64,000 bases of DNA from Arsenophonus sp. (GCA_031446165.1 CP132905.1:548659-612658); one strand, 5' to 3'. Positions 23,805 through 37,080 are shown, counted from the stretch's first letter. Notes: generated from the letters alone by a model not told the origin. Translations and numbers: made by a program.

Positions 23805-23899
23805 ATTAATTTACTCATTTTTATTTTATTTATTTTCTAATGGAAAAGAATAAATATCATAAATATTCATATTTATGATATTTATTATAATGGTTGTGA

Positions 23900-26800
23900 A
23901 ATTTTTTAATATTATTTTTAATTTATTAAAATTTAAAATTAAATCTGATGATTTTATTAAAATAATAAATATTTATAAATAAAAAATACTATTAAACAGT
24001 TTATTTTTAAAAAAATAAATTCATAAATAATATTTATATCTAAAATACTAAGATTTCATAACATATTTTTTTTAAATTAACTTTAACTATAATAAAAATT
24101 TATACTAATACTTAGAAATATCATTGAAATATAAAAATAATTTATATTATAATATGTATAAAGATTGGGTACAAGAAAAAATGGTATGCATATAACAAAT
24201 TTTAAAAAACATATATTTGCAAAAAACACTATACAAAAAATTTCGAAAAGATTTTATCAACAAACATATTTTTTAATCAAAATAAAGATTAATTAAATTA
24301 ATGTTTCAATTCACTGTAATAGACTAGGAATTAAAAATTTAGGCATCATAAAATACAAAAATCATTGATTATCATAATATTACTTTAAATCTTTTCTTTA
24401 ATAAAAAAATAAATTTTAATTTTACAGCTAAACATATTAGAAAATTTTTATTATAAAGCGTATCAAAATTAAAAAAAATAAAAACTAGTACACACAACTA
24501 TTTTTTATTTGTTTTCTAAATTAGCATTATAGTGATTTTTTACACATTTTTACTATCAAATTCCTATAGCATATTTTCGTAAACAACCAAATTAATTTTC
24601 AAAAAAGATACCTTGTAAATATATAAAAATATATCAAATAAACTATTAAATATCATTTTTTACTTTTAAAAATTCTGTTTAAATTTATGATCTTTATTTT
24701 AATATTCCACACTATAAATTTTTCAATAAATAACATTATTTATTAGAGATTTTGTTTTTGATATCTTTTTTAAAAGTATTTGATATGATATATAAAAAGG
24801 TTTTATTCTTGATTGATCTTCTTAAGAAATACAAAAAAGTTTTTAACTTTTTAGTACTATAATTTTTATAAATTAATTAATTTTATTCACAATAAATATC
24901 ATTTTATTCTATGCTTAATTTATAAAAAATATTTCAAAAATAAATATATCTAGTTAATTTTTTGATTTTTTGTCAAAAATATTAACATAATTTTTATTAA
25001 AACCTATTCTTTCACTAAAAACAAAAGTAGGAAAATATTCTTAAAAAAAGTAGAAAACATTAATTAACCAATAAGTTTACCATATATTTACTGCATTTAA
25101 TATCTTAATAATGTTTCTTTTGATAGGTGTATTGCATTAAATAATCGCGTAACGTTTCTATATCACCATTAAATTTTGCGCTTATTAATAATTTAGAATG
25201 ACCATTATTAGTAATATTCCCGCTAATATTAATTATCTCTCTATCTACCTAATTTTACCTTATTGAAAGATATACGTAATCTATTACCTACAAAATTTAA
25301 ATCAACATCTAAATGTAAAATTTTAGGAAAATTAGATTAATATTAAAAATAGCTGATCGTAAAAGTATAAAAATTTTACATTTTTTATTATTCTTGTTAA
25401 GAAAAAAAATTATGGTAGTTACCATGAATAAAGATGCTTCATCATCTATATGACCAGCAATATTTTTTTTTAAATAATCATTTAACTTTTTTCCTATAAC
25501 CGGTTGAGGAAAATAATGTCAAATATCAGCAATATTTTTTAGTGTTACACCAGCTAAAATGCTTAACATAGATTTATATTTATTTTATATAAAAAACGGA
25601 AATTATTACTGATTTATAATGATTTCTCCTGTCAGTTTATATTTTTACCTACAGACCTACAATTAAATCTAATTTATTTTTCTATACCAAAAAAAATATT
25701 GCATACCAATTAGAAATATGTAATGGTGCTTTAAACATTGATCTACATCCAATCTTACTATTATTTAATAGTAAAACAAAATATTACTCCTATATAACCC
25801 CCCTTGAAATGATCTACTAAAATGATTAATAGTAAGATATATTTTTAATGTTTACTAAACTCATATGATTCCAAGCAATGTCAATTAAATTTTTTCTGGA
25901 CATTGAGATATAATATCTAATACTAATCTAACAAGTTTTCTTTTTGTTTTATATTTTCTTAATTTTTAATAAAATTAGATAAAAAACAAAAAAACAGTAA
26001 CAATAGATTTTAATTGTTCTCCAATGCAATATTATTTAATATTATTTTCCAATGACTTTGATTGTTATGAATTTTCAACTTTGAAAAATAAAAAAGAAGC
26101 TTGATCTCCTTAAGGCCATATTTTTTATTTGTTGTTAAATTCTGTAATTGTGGAATACAAAAAAAACCAGTGATTTTTTCTATTTTTTATGCTCAAATAT
26201 AAATTTCTAAAAAACATTTTGTGTTTTTGTTTATTGAATTTTTAATTTACACTTCCATGATCAAAGTATATTTACCAATCTTCAATACGACAATTTTTAA
26301 TTATAATACAACTAGAAAAACCAAATACCGAATTTTCTATATTTATTTTTTTGATCTATCCAACAATTTAAACAAGGAGATAAATTAATTGTATTACCAT
26401 ATAGATATACCATGCCTTTATTTAAGTTATTATTTTTATAATAAACATTTATTTTGATTTGAATAATATTTTTATCTTTTTTAAAACATCAAAATTTATT
26501 ATACCTTTTGCTAAATGTGCTAAATAATGATCATTTTTATTTAACCATATAAATTCCGCGATATTTAATTTTATCCTTTTAAAAAAAGGGGATAAAAAGT
26601 TTATATAATTATTTTAAGTATTAATGAATGATTTTTTAAAAAACGTTACTAAAAATATTGTCTTTAAAATAATTCAAACTTAGATTCAGTAATAAAATGT
26701 AAAAGTGTATAAAAATTAAAATTTAATTGATATAAAACAATTTCATGAAAAAATAAATCAAAAGAAAACAATATACGCCATATATCTAATAAAAATATTA

Positions 26801-27056
26801 TTTTTTTAATATTAACATCTACTCTTTTAGCAGATAAAATAACATCAGATAAAATAAATGTTCTTTTAAAAAAGTTAATTTTACTTTAAAATCTTTGATT
26901 TTTAATGGGATCTCAGTTAACAAATAAATATTTTTTAAATGGATTTTCAAAGAAATTAATTTACAAAACAAAAAAAACGGGATGCAACGAAACATAAAAA
27001 AATATCAGCATTATAACTCTAATTTTATATGCTAATAATTTAATTAATTGTTTCAT
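23900..27056 (-). pseudogene. yhdP: Eroded yhdP (AsmA-like phospholipid transporter) pseudogene
   Basis: Minus-strand translation gives collinear fragments with E. coli-like spacing:
- An N-terminal MKQLIKLLAYKIRVIMLIFF from the ATG at 27056, which then frameshifts and stops after 31 codons.
- RIKLNIAEFIWLNKNDHYLAHLAKG at about 26578-26500, versus E. coli RAELAIPQLTWLNDPRRHRAEG.
- MFKAPLHIS at about 25735-25705, versus VFRAPLEIA.
- LSILAGVTLKNIADI*HYFPQPVIGKKLNDYLKKNIAGHIDDEASLF at about 25566-25400, versus LGILAGISTDDGSQAWRYFPENLMGKDLVDYLSGAIQGGEADNATLV.
- KLLISAKFNGDIETLRDYL at about 25200-25120.
There is no ORF of 60 aa or more in the whole interval. The position between tldD and mreD matches E. 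coli. The 3' boundary is arbitrary because the C-terminal half is unrecognisable. The E. coli sequence is recalled from memory. Confidence 0.7.
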
Positions 27057-28208
27057 TTAATATCTCTTGAAAAAAATCTTACAATAATAATTTATTTTAC
27101 ATTATAACGATATAAAATTGTTTCAAATTAGAAAGTGCTTTTAATTTTATTTTTCAAAAGAGATATGTCTAAAAATTTTTGATAAAAATTTTTACAGTCA
27201 TATATAAACATGAAATTGGGATATTAAACACAATTTTGTTAAATTTATAACTTTTCTGGATAAAAATAAAATCGTAATGCAATTTTATAGAAAAACAAAA
27301 CTAGATTTAGACTCTTATATAAAAAACTGCATATAAATAAAAATCAATAAAATCATAATTTAAAGATATTTAATTTAATCTACAAAAACACAAAAAAATT
27401 ATAATGTATTAAAATTATAAATTTATAGTAATGTTTTATAGTAATTAATAAAAAAATAATTATTTTACATAAAACTTTACATGGTTGATCTAAAAAAAAT
27501 TAAATTTTTATATACAATTTATTAATTATAATCTAAAAAAATAATATTTTTAAACTTTATTGAAAGGGTTCATATATTGACCAGAAAAAATATAAATTTA
27601 AAATTTAAGATACAGCATTTTATTTTAAAATTTAATAAAATTTATAATTTCAAATTGTTAATAAATCAAATATTAAAGAATAAAAATTTAACAATTTATT
27701 AAGAACAATTTTTTTATTATTTTATATGATTTTTTACATAAAATTAACTACTATTACTTACTGATAAAACATATGAAACTATACAATAGTATTTTATAAT
27801 AAAGTACCTAGTCTTCGAATGAATGCATTTTAATTATATAACACTTATTAATAAATTATTTATTACACTACTAAATCGATTTTTTAAAATGATAATTTCA
27901 AATTATATTTTGTAATCGAAATAAAAATATTTTTATATTTATCTTTCGTCAAAACTAAAAATAACTTATACATTTTTTATATATTAAAAAATATTTTTAA
28001 TCTTAATGAAACTATTATTTTTTAAATATACTATAAATAAAATATTTCCAAACTAAAAAACGCGCTATAGTCATATACGCATAACGTCATACACTTTTAT
28101 AGCGTTTTTTTATGCATAAAATTTTTTTAATATAAAAAAATCTATCTGTCTATAATTCATTGAAAATTATAGCAAAACCATAAAAATTATTTTTTCATGA
28201 AAATTCAT
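27057..28208. other. ORF-free AT-rich spacer (syntenic slot of rng and maf/yhdE)
   Basis: No ORF of 60 aa or more, and no fragment I can align, between the yhdP relict and mreD. Confidence 0.5.
28051..28111 (-). terminator. Weak terminator-like hairpin downstream of mreD
   Basis: On the minus strand, CGCTATA (28104-28098) pairs with TATAGCG (28069-63), followed by CG and then TTTTTT. The 28-nt loop makes the structure weak. Confidence 0.3.
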
Positions 28209-28697
28209 TTAATATACTAAAAACCGACGTCTAACTTTTCTTAAAAACAAAAATATCCAAGGCCATAAAATACCATTTATTAAACAATTCAACAATATTT
28301 CAGGATGAAATAATACAATAGAAGAAAAAAATTCTATTAAAAATATAGTAAAATTCATTATCACTGATAATCCAACAATAACAAGTGATTGTTGCCACAT
28401 TTCCATATTACGAAAAAGTTGATATTTATAAGATACTAAATAACAAATCATACTATTAGTCAATGCATTTATACCAAGAGTTATACCTTGTATTAAATCC
28501 ATGACAATTCCCAAAAAAAATCCACTACCCACACTAATACGATGAGGTAAAGCCATAACCCAATAAATTAAAATTAATATTAACCATGTTGGTCTATAAT
28601 AAATAAATTTTTCTGGACAAGGCATTTGCTCTAAAATTATTGCAACAAAAAAAGATAACCAGATAACCCACGATCTATTACCATGGAATTGATTCAT
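28209..28697 (-). CDS. mreD: Rod shape-determining protein MreD
   Basis: RSWVIWLSFFVAIILEQMP.P, RP.W..LILIYW..ALPHR, KYQLFRN...WQQ and WPW.FL.LRKVR match E. coli MreD. The ATG at 28697 gives 162 aa, the E. coli length. The ORF-track start at 28745 is an upstream extension. Confidence 0.9.
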   Translation of the reverse strand: MNQFHGNRSWVIWLSFFVAIILEQMPCPEKFIYYRPTWLILILIYWVMALPHRISVGSGFFLGIVMDLIQGITLGINALTNSMICYLVSYKYQLFRNMEMWQQSLVIVGLSVIMNFTIFLIEFFSSIVLFHPEILLNCLINGILWPWIFLFLRKVRRRFLVY

Positions 28698-28933
28698 TCT
28701 ACTTTCCATTAAATTTTTAATTCTTATTTGCTTTTTTACACACAAAATAAAGTTTACTGCTTAATTATGGAGGGTTAATTGTCTTATAATTTTCTATATT
28801 TTTTGATATTATTTTTTTAATTACTTCATTCCTGGTAAAAAAAAACAGGAAAAATATTTAACGTATGTTCATTTACAACTTTATATAATTTTGATACTGG
28901 TGATGCTTATAAGAAATTATTGACTTCATTAGA

Positions 28934-29752
28934 CTATCTTCCTAATAACAATAAAAGATAACGCAATCTTTGTAAATCTGCACGTGGTCTTGCGCGAACA
29001 ATCATATAAGCACGATGAAAATCATGTTTTACAGAAGAAACAATGGCTACTGGATAACCTTCTGGAAATCGACCTCCTAACCCAGAAGTCACTATCATAT
29101 CGCCAATTCGTATATCAGTATTATCAGGGACCGGTTCAAGTTTAAGATCATCACTACATCCTGCACCTGTCGCAATTACTCGAATATCATTACGCAATAT
29201 TTGTATAGGTAATGCATGAGTAATATCGCAAATTAATAAAACACGGCTATTAAATTGACTAACTGAAATTACTTGCCCTACAACACCTTTATCACTAATT
29301 ACAGGTTGTCCTTCATAAACATCATCGTATGAACCTTTATCAATCATAATTTGATCTCGATAAGGAGTATGCAAAACAGATAATACTTGAGTTACCATCA
29401 TATTTTCACGTTGAAGTAAAGGAGAACCTAAAAGTGTACGTAATTTAGAATTTTCTTGTTGAAGTTGTTCAAGTAATAAATTATCTGCTTTTTTAAGTAA
29501 TATTTCTTTTTTCAATGTATGATTTTCAAATAGAAGTTGTTTTTTTTGTTTAAATGTATCTGAAATATTATCAAGAAATTCTCGTGGAGAATTAATTATA
29601 AAATATAATGGAGTAAGTGTTATTTCTAAATAACCACGAACTTTATTAAAAATATTAAAATTACGATCACAAAAAAATAGCATAGTTGCAAAAAAAAATG
29701 CAATAATAATACGAAATTCTATTGATGGTCCTCTAATAAATATTGGTTTCAT
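28934..29752 (-). CDS. mreC: Rod shape-determining protein MreC
   Basis: MKPIF.RGPS starts at the ATG at 29752. Later matches are PVISDKGVVGQV, SRVLLICD.THALPIQ.LRNDIRVIA.G, TSGLGGRFPEGYPVA.VSSV and LQRLRYLLLL. The Pro-rich C-terminal tail of the E. coli protein is absent. Confidence 0.93.
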   Translation of the reverse strand: MKPIFIRGPSIEFRIIIAFFFATMLFFCDRNFNIFNKVRGYLEITLTPLYFIINSPREFLDNISDTFKQKKQLLFENHTLKKEILLKKADNLLLEQLQQENSKLRTLLGSPLLQRENMMVTQVLSVLHTPYRDQIMIDKGSYDDVYEGQPVISDKGVVGQVISVSQFNSRVLLICDITHALPIQILRNDIRVIATGAGCSDDLKLEPVPDNTDIRIGDMIVTSGLGGRFPEGYPVAIVSSVKHDFHRAYMIVRARPRADLQRLRYLLLLLGR

Positions 29753-29850
29753 TAGTTTTATAAAAATAAAAATCAATATTAAAAAATAAAAAAAATATAA
29801 GTTACTATAAATCAGCGTTTCTTTAAATTAAATTATATTTTAAATTATCA

Positions 29851-30924
<1,074 letters not shown>

Positions 30925-31381
30925 TCAGATATCTCCACGTTATCAAGCATGTCAAACTGCGACAAGCATTAATTTTAAGCATGTATTTATTACTTTTATA
31001 CAAATATCTAAATCTTAGATAATATCAAAAAAAAATTTAATTTTTTTTACATACAAAAGATTATCAATAACAATTCTATATTATCAACAAATATAACCTT
31101 CTAATTATAACACATTTATGTAAATTTTTTATATAAAAAACATATAGTTGCGAGTAAAATAATGATGGAAATTTATTTAAATGCATTGAATTTAAATTAT
31201 TTTAAGATAACTTTAAGATAACATTACTTAAAAGTTATTAATCTTTATTTAAAAACATAAAAACTGAAACTCAAATTGTCATATAAATTAAAACTTACAA
31301 TTACAAATAACATAATAACAATAGCATATATTTATAAAAATAAAAATTATTACTCATAATGAGTGATATATCTTACTTAAT

Positions 31382-31415
31382 AAATAAATTTATGAAATAA
31401 ATAAATTTATGAAAT
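31382..31415. repeat. Perfect tandem duplication, 17 bp x2 (AAATAAATTTATGAAAT)
   Basis: Read directly from the sequence, in the mreB-aroQ spacer. Confidence 0.85.
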
Positions 31416-32013
31416 ATTATTATGTTTTTAATTTTCTATTATTTTTTAAATAAATACTTTATTTTTATTAAAAATAATTGTTCAATAAAAAAAATTCTAT
31501 TTAATAAAAAGTTATATAAAAAAATTAAAAAAATTCATTAAAACAAAAACAGTTATTTTTTTTATATTTTACTAAATAACCAGTATTATAACTATTATAG
31601 AATATAACGATATTTAAAAACCGAAATTAATAATCTTAATTTTTTATTTAATATTTTTTATTAACATTAGCTCACAATATATCAAAAATTGGTAATATTT
31701 ATATCAATACATAAATTTTATAACTTTTATAATGTGATAATAAACAAATTTTTAAATTTTATAAAATATTTTACCAATAAAATTTAAAAAATAAATGATA
31801 GCATTCTTATTTAACTTGCTAATTTAACTTATTAAAAAACCTTAATAATTTTATTATTTTTAATTTGATATACTATTATCATCTTTCTTTTTAAGAAATA
31901 TGTATTATCTCACTTTTTTTCTTACAAAGAATAATTTTCATTCATAAAAAATAGTGATAAATTATCAATAATTGTATATTAAATTTATTCAAAAATCACC
32001 TGGAGCTATAAAA

Positions 32014-32481
32014 ATGGTACATAATTTTCATATTCTAATATTAAATGGCCCTAATTTAAATATGATAGGAAAAAGAGAAATATTATTATATGGCAATATT
32101 ACATTACAAGATATCATAAAACAAACTTTCAAAAAAGCAAAAAAATTAGGTATAAAATTAACCCATTTTCAATCCAATGCTGAACATAAACTTATTGATA
32201 CAATTCATCATGCTAAAAAAACAGTCGATTTTATAATAATAAATCCAGCAGGGTTTACTCATACGAGTATTGCATTAAGAGATGCTCTTCTAAGCATTGC
32301 AATTCCTTTTTATGAAATTCACATTACAAATATTTATTCGCGGGAAAAATTCAGACATCATTCTTATTTTTCTGATATCGCGAAAGGTCTTATTTGCGGA
32401 TTTCATGCTGACGGGTATATTTTTGCATTAGAATCTGCAGTCAAATTCTTATTAAAAACCCATAACATAAAAGACGATTAA
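32014..32481 (+). CDS. aroQ: 3-dehydroquinate dehydratase, type II
   Basis: [39 protein letters not shown] and FRHHSY.SD match E. coli AroQ. The ATG at 32014 has GGAG 8 nt upstream. The ORF-track TTG at 31972 is an extension. Confidence 0.93.
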   Translation: MVHNFHILILNGPNLNMIGKREILLYGNITLQDIIKQTFKKAKKLGIKLTHFQSNAEHKLIDTIHHAKKTVDFIIINPAGFTHTSIALRDALLSIAIPFYEIHITNIYSREKFRHHSYFSDIAKGLICGFHADGYIFALESAVKFLLKTHNIKDD

Positions 32482-32604
32482 CAAAAACATAATATTTTTA
32501 TACATCTTTTAAATGATAACAATTTAATTTTTAAAGTAAAATTTATCTTACTGCTAACATAGAAACAACAATAACTTAATAGAAACTATAGATGGAATTA
32601 ATGT

Positions 32605-33078
32605 ATGGATATTCGTAAAATCAAAAAATTGATTGAACTTGTTGAAGAATCTGATATCTCAGAAATAGAAATCTCAGAAGGTGAAGAATCAGTTCGTATC
32701 AGTCGTAAAATTATAAAACATTCACAAGAAAAATATATGGAAAAATTAATTACACATCCACCAATTTCAACAAATATGATTACACCTAATCAAACTTTAC
32801 CAAAAAAAACAGAAAAAATCAATGAAAAAAAAGTAGAAATTACTGGTCATATTCTTCGTTCTCCAATGGTTGGCACATTTTATAGATCTCCAACTCCACA
32901 AACAAAACCATTCATTGAAATTGGACAAATAGTTAATATAGGTGATCCTTTATGTATTGTAGAAGCCATGAAAATGATGCATAAAATTGAAACTGATAAA
33001 TCAGGTGTAGTAAAAGCAATTCTTGTAAAGAATGGGGAAGCTGTTGAATTTGATGAACCATTAATTATCATCGAATAA
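32605..33078 (+). CDS. accB: Biotin carboxyl carrier protein of acetyl-CoA carboxylase
   Basis: 157 aa. [32 protein letters not shown] and the biotinylation motif CIVEAMKMM. Confidence 0.97.
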   Translation: MDIRKIKKLIELVEESDISEIEISEGEESVRISRKIIKHSQEKYMEKLITHPPISTNMITPNQTLPKKTEKINEKKVEITGHILRSPMVGTFYRSPTPQTKPFIEIGQIVNIGDPLCIVEAMKMMHKIETDKSGVVKAILVKNGEAVEFDEPLIIIE

Positions 33079-33089
33079 TGAGGCATTTT

Positions 33090-34421
33090 ATGCTTAAAAA
33101 AATTGTTATTGCTAACCGTGGTGAAATTGCTTTACGTATTTTACGTGCCTGCAAAGAATTAAAAATACAAACTGTTGCAGTGCATTCTGTAGCTGACCGT
33201 AATTTAAAACATGTATTACTTGCTGATGAAACTGTTTGTATAGGCCCTGCTGCATCAGCTGAAAGCTATCTTAACATTCCTGCAATAATTTCTGCTGCAG
33301 AAATCACCGATGCAGAAGCTATTCATCCCGGCTATGGTTTTTTATCTGAAAATGCTGATTTTGCTGAAAAAGTAGAATGTTCTGGTTTCATATTTATTGG
33401 GCCACGAGCAGATACTATTCGTCTTATGGGTGATAAATTATCTGCCATTAAAGTTATGAAAAAAGCAGGTATTCCTTGTATTCCTGGTTCTAATGGACCT
33501 TTAGGAAAAAATATAAAAATTAATAAAAATATTACTCGAAAAATTGGTTATCCTATAATCATTAAAGCATCAGCTGGAGGTGGCGGGCGTGGTATGCGTA
33601 TTGTGCGTAATGAAAATGAACTAGAACAAGCAATTATATTAACACAAGCTGAATCTAAAATAGCTTTTAATAACAGTATGGTTTATATAGAAAAATTCTT
33701 ACAAAATCCACGACATATTGAAATTCAAGTACTTGCTGATGGGCAAGGTAATGCAATTTATTTATCAGAACGTGATTGTTCAATGCAACGTCGTCATCAA
33801 AAAGTAATTGAAGAAGCTCCTGCACCAGATATCCAAATAGATATTAAAAAAAATATTAGCGAATGTTGTGTGAAAGCTTGTCTTGATATTGATTATCGTG
33901 GTGCTGGAACATTTGAATTTTTATATGAAAATAAAGAGTTTTACTTTATTGAAATGAATACTAGAATTCAAGTTGAACATACTATTACTGAAATGATTAC
34001 AGGTGTTGATCTTATTAAAGAACAAATAAGAATTGCTTCTGGATTACCATTATCTATAAAGCAAAAAGATATTAAAATTCATGGACATTCAATAGAATGT
34101 CGCATTAATGCAGAAGATGCAAAAACCTTTTTACCAAGCCCAGGTAAAATTATTCGATTACATATTCCTGGTGGATTAGGTATACGCTGGGAATCACATA
34201 TTTATGCAGGTTATACAGTACCACCTTATTATGATTCTATGATTGGAAAATTAATTACTTATGGTGAAAATCGTGAAATTGCTATTCTACGTATGAAAAA
34301 TGCTTTATCTGAATTAATAATTCATGGCATTAAAACTAACATAGAAGCACAACAAAAAATTATGAATGATAACAACTTTTTAAAAGGTGGTACTAATATT
34401 CATTATTTAGAAAATCAATAA
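33090..34421 (+). CDS. accC: Biotin carboxylase
   Basis: [32 protein letters not shown] matches the E. coli AccC N-terminus from the ATG at 33090, which has GAGG 6 nt upstream. The ORF-track ATG at 33078 adds 4 unsupported residues. Confidence 0.96.
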   Translation: MLKKIVIANRGEIALRILRACKELKIQTVAVHSVADRNLKHVLLADETVCIGPAASAESYLNIPAIISAAEITDAEAIHPGYGFLSENADFAEKVECSGFIFIGPRADTIRLMGDKLSAIKVMKKAGIPCIPGSNGPLGKNIKINKNITRKIGYPIIIKASAGGGGRGMRIVRNENELEQAIILTQAESKIAFNNSMVYIEKFLQNPRHIEIQVLADGQGNAIYLSERDCSMQRRHQKVIEEAPAPDIQIDIKKNISECCVKACLDIDYRGAGTFEFLYENKEFYFIEMNTRIQVEHTITEMITGVDLIKEQIRIASGLPLSIKQKDIKIHGHSIECRINAEDAKTFLPSPGKIIRLHIPGGLGIRWESHIYAGYTVPPYYDSMIGKLITYGENREIAILRMKNALSELIIHGIKTNIEAQQKIMNDNNFLKGGTNIHYLENQ

Positions 34422-35007
34422 TTTTACATTAATATATTTTTTAAGTTTATTTGGTATATTTCTATAAAATTAAAGAAAAATGCGTGACTATTCTTTTTTC
34501 TTAAAACACTTTTAATGCACCTGTGAATTTACATTTTAAAAATATTTAAAGTATTAAAATGAACATTTAACAACATAAAATAAAAATAGAAATTTTTATC
34601 ATGCCTATTTCAACATGCTTAGTATAAAAAATATAAGCTTAAATAAAAACATGTTTTATGTACTTTTAAGAAATCAAACTACAAATAAAATTTAGATAAT
34701 TACTCAAAATATTTTATATTTATTAAATATAAATATTAAATTAAAGATTTAAAGTATTTCCAGATTTCTCTAATGTTTCCTGATAAAATCGTGTTCGGTA
34801 GTAAATTAATTTTTTAATAAAAAATTTACTAACCTAGTAATTATTTAAAATAAAAGTAATCAAAGCATTTTTTGAAATTATTCTTATAAAAATCATGCAA
34901 ACATTATTTTTGACGGTAATAAATTTATAATTTTTTTTGTAAAATAAAACAAATTGAAAATTTTATTTCTTTTATAAAATATTTATTATATTTAACGTAA
35001 AAATACT

Positions 35008-35035
35008 TTTTGTATATACCATGGTATATACAAAA
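35008..35035. repeat. 28-bp perfect palindrome TTTTGTATATACCATGGTATATACAAAA
   Basis: I checked all 14 pairs position by position (35021/35022 out to 35008/35035). It is centred on CCATGG and lies in the relict spacer between accC and fis. Confidence 0.9.
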
Positions 35036-35307
35036 CACAAAAAATATCTTTTTCAGTATAATTTTAATGAAAATTACTTTAATAAAATACATGCTACCTG
35101 AATAAATTAATAATTAAATACCATGAATTTTATTTTTATCTTAAACTTTATTTCTGGCTCGAAAAATGGTATAGTAACTTCAAAATAAGAAAAAATTATG
35201 TACTTATATACACAATAATTTTTTATAAAAAATTATTTTTTGAATCAAAAATATATTTTTTAGCTATGTAATATAACATATTGCTATAATATATATAAAT
35301 AAAATAA

Positions 35308-35338
35308 GAGATTTTTTTAAAAAAAATCTCATTTTTTT
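35308..35338 (+). terminator. Terminator-like hairpin in the accC-fis spacer
   Basis: GAGATTTTTTT pairs with AAAAAAATCTC, followed by ATTTTTTT. The stem has only 3 G-C pairs. The reverse strand reads similarly. Confidence 0.35.
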
Positions 35339-35870
35339 ATATAGATAAAAATTACACTTTTATTAAAAATTTTATTTACTTAAATGTCAAATAAAGTATT
35401 TTTTTATGTATCAAGTTTTTAAAAAATATAAAAATAATTTGTAACTCAAAAATAATAATGCTATTACAATATATTAATAAAACTTTTTTTTAGAATTTAT
35501 AATTATGATAAAAAATCACTAAAAACATTTATGAATACATCCACAATTATTTTTCTTATAAAATTATTAAAAATGATCAATATAAACAGGATCTATATAA
35601 GAATATATAATTAGTTTTAAAACAAAAATAAACAATGACAACACCTTTTTTTATAAAGGAACTTAATACAAAATAATATTTTTATACAAAAAAAATAAAA
35701 AACATTATAGAATATACTATTTACAAATACATTTAAAAAAATAAAACAAAAACATCACTAAAAAAATTATCAAATAGTTCGCAAAAAAATACATTAACAA
35801 ATATTTCAATATACTGATATTTATATATTATAAATATTTTTCTATATAAAATTTTAACAGAACAAGAATC

Positions 35871-36170
35871 ATGTTAGAACAATACAAAAAAAATAATTTA
35901 TTAACAATATTAAATACAAAAAATTTCAAAAACAATAAAAATCAAAAACCATTAAGTGATTTAGTTAAACAAGCGCTTCACAATTATTTTTCTCAACTGA
36001 ATAATCAAAATGTAAACGACTTATACAAATTAGTGTTGTCTGAAGTAGAAAAACCATTATTAGACATAGTAATGAAATATTCTAAAGGGAACCAAACAAA
36101 AGCTGCATTAATATTAAGTATCAATCGGGGGACATTACGTAAAAAATTAAAAAAATATGGTATGAATTAA
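35871..36170 (+). CDS. fis: Nucleoid-associated DNA-binding protein Fis
   Basis: 99 aa. QKPL.D.VKQAL.NYF.QLN.Q.VNDLY.LVL.EVE.PLLD.VM.Y..GNQT.AA and [16 protein letters not shown] at the C-terminus. Confidence 0.97.
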   Translation: MLEQYKKNNLLTILNTKNFKNNKNQKPLSDLVKQALHNYFSQLNNQNVNDLYKLVLSEVEKPLLDIVMKYSKGNQTKAALILSINRGTLRKKLKKYGMN

Positions 36171-36222
36171 TAAATATATGAAAATATGAAAAGAAACACA
36201 AGATCATAAAAACATGCTTTTT

Positions 36223-37080
36223 CTAAGATTCTAAAATTAATCGAATTTTTTTCATTGCATTTTTTTCTAATTGTCGTATACGTTCAGCAGATACACTATA
36301 TTTATCTGCTAAATCTTGCAAAGTAATTTTGTTTTCTTCATCAAGCCATCGTGTACGAATAATATTCTGACTACGTTGATCTAGAGTACTCAATGCCTGC
36401 ATTAATTTATCAGTAGCATAATTTTCCCAATTATCTTCTTCAATACTACCAGCAAAATTAGATGATTTATCTTGTAAATACAAAGCAGGTGCAAAAATAG
36501 CGTGCTCAGCATTATCATTCTCATTATTTATATCTAACGTCATATCTTGTGCAGACATTCTTGATTCCATTTCACGAACATCTTTACTGCTCACTCCTAA
36601 TTCTCGTGCAAGTATATTAACTTCATTCTGATTAAACCAACCAATTCTTGTTTTATTTTTACGCAAATTAAAAAATAGTTTACGTTGTGCTTTAGTGGTT
36701 GCTACTTTAACTATCCGCCAATTACGTAGTACATATTCATGAATTTCAGCTTTAATCCAATGAATAACAAAGGAAACTAGCCGCACACCAATATCTGGAT
36801 TAAATCGACGAACAGCTTTCATTAATCCAATATTACCTTCTTGAATAAGATCTGCTTGAGGCAAACCATAACCAGAATAATTGCGTGCTATATGGATTAC
36901 AAATCGTAAATGAGAAAGTATGAGTTGTTTAGCTGCATTTAAATCACCATAATAATACAGTTGTTTAGCATATTTTTGTTCTTCTGCTGCTGTTAATATA
37001 GGATAAGCGTTAGCTAACCTTACATAAGCTTCAATACTACCTTGTGGAATTAATGCAAATGATTGTATATCTTTTGTCAT
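36223..37080 (-). CDS. rpoH: RNA polymerase sigma-32 (heat shock)
   Basis: 285 aa. [43 protein letters not shown] and the RpoH box [21 protein letters not shown]. Confidence 0.97.
   Translation of the reverse strand: MTKDIQSFALIPQGSIEAYVRLANAYPILTAAEEQKYAKQLYYYGDLNAAKQLILSHLRFVIHIARNYSGYGLPQADLIQEGNIGLMKAVRRFNPDIGVRLVSFVIHWIKAEIHEYVLRNWRIVKVATTKAQRKLFFNLRKNKTRIGWFNQNEVNILARELGVSSKDVREMESRMSAQDMTLDINNENDNAEHAIFAPALYLQDKSSNFAGSIEEDNWENYATDKLMQALSTLDQRSQNIIRTRWLDEENKITLQDLADKYSVSAERIRQLEKNAMKKIRLILES

Noticed and set aside
25519-25521. An in-frame TGA at a conserved Trp position of yhdP, which might indicate a TGA=Trp genetic code (code 4).
   Set aside because: About 46 conserved genes in the window are full-length under the standard code with no internal TGA. 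TGA also serves as the natural stop of tusA (40867-40869) and tldD (22356-22358). The yhdP region carries frameshifts and other stops as well. A TGG to TGA nonsense mutation under AT bias is the simpler explanation.
23805-28208. The 4.4-kb ORF-free interval as a possible mobile element, prophage remnant or horizontally acquired island.
   Set aside because: Its flanks (tldD and mreD) and its recognisable content (yhdP fragments) follow ancestral enterobacterial synteny exactly. There are no integrase or transposase fragments, no terminal repeats and no compositional island; if anything it is more A/T-rich than the genes. It is decayed native DNA.
35150-35175. A possible dusB remnant (LARKMV* versus E. 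coli IARKHVSWY) in the accC-fis spacer.
   Set aside because: The match covers only 4-5 residues. It lies about 700 bp from fis, whereas the dusB 3' end should abut fis. It cannot be told apart from chance.
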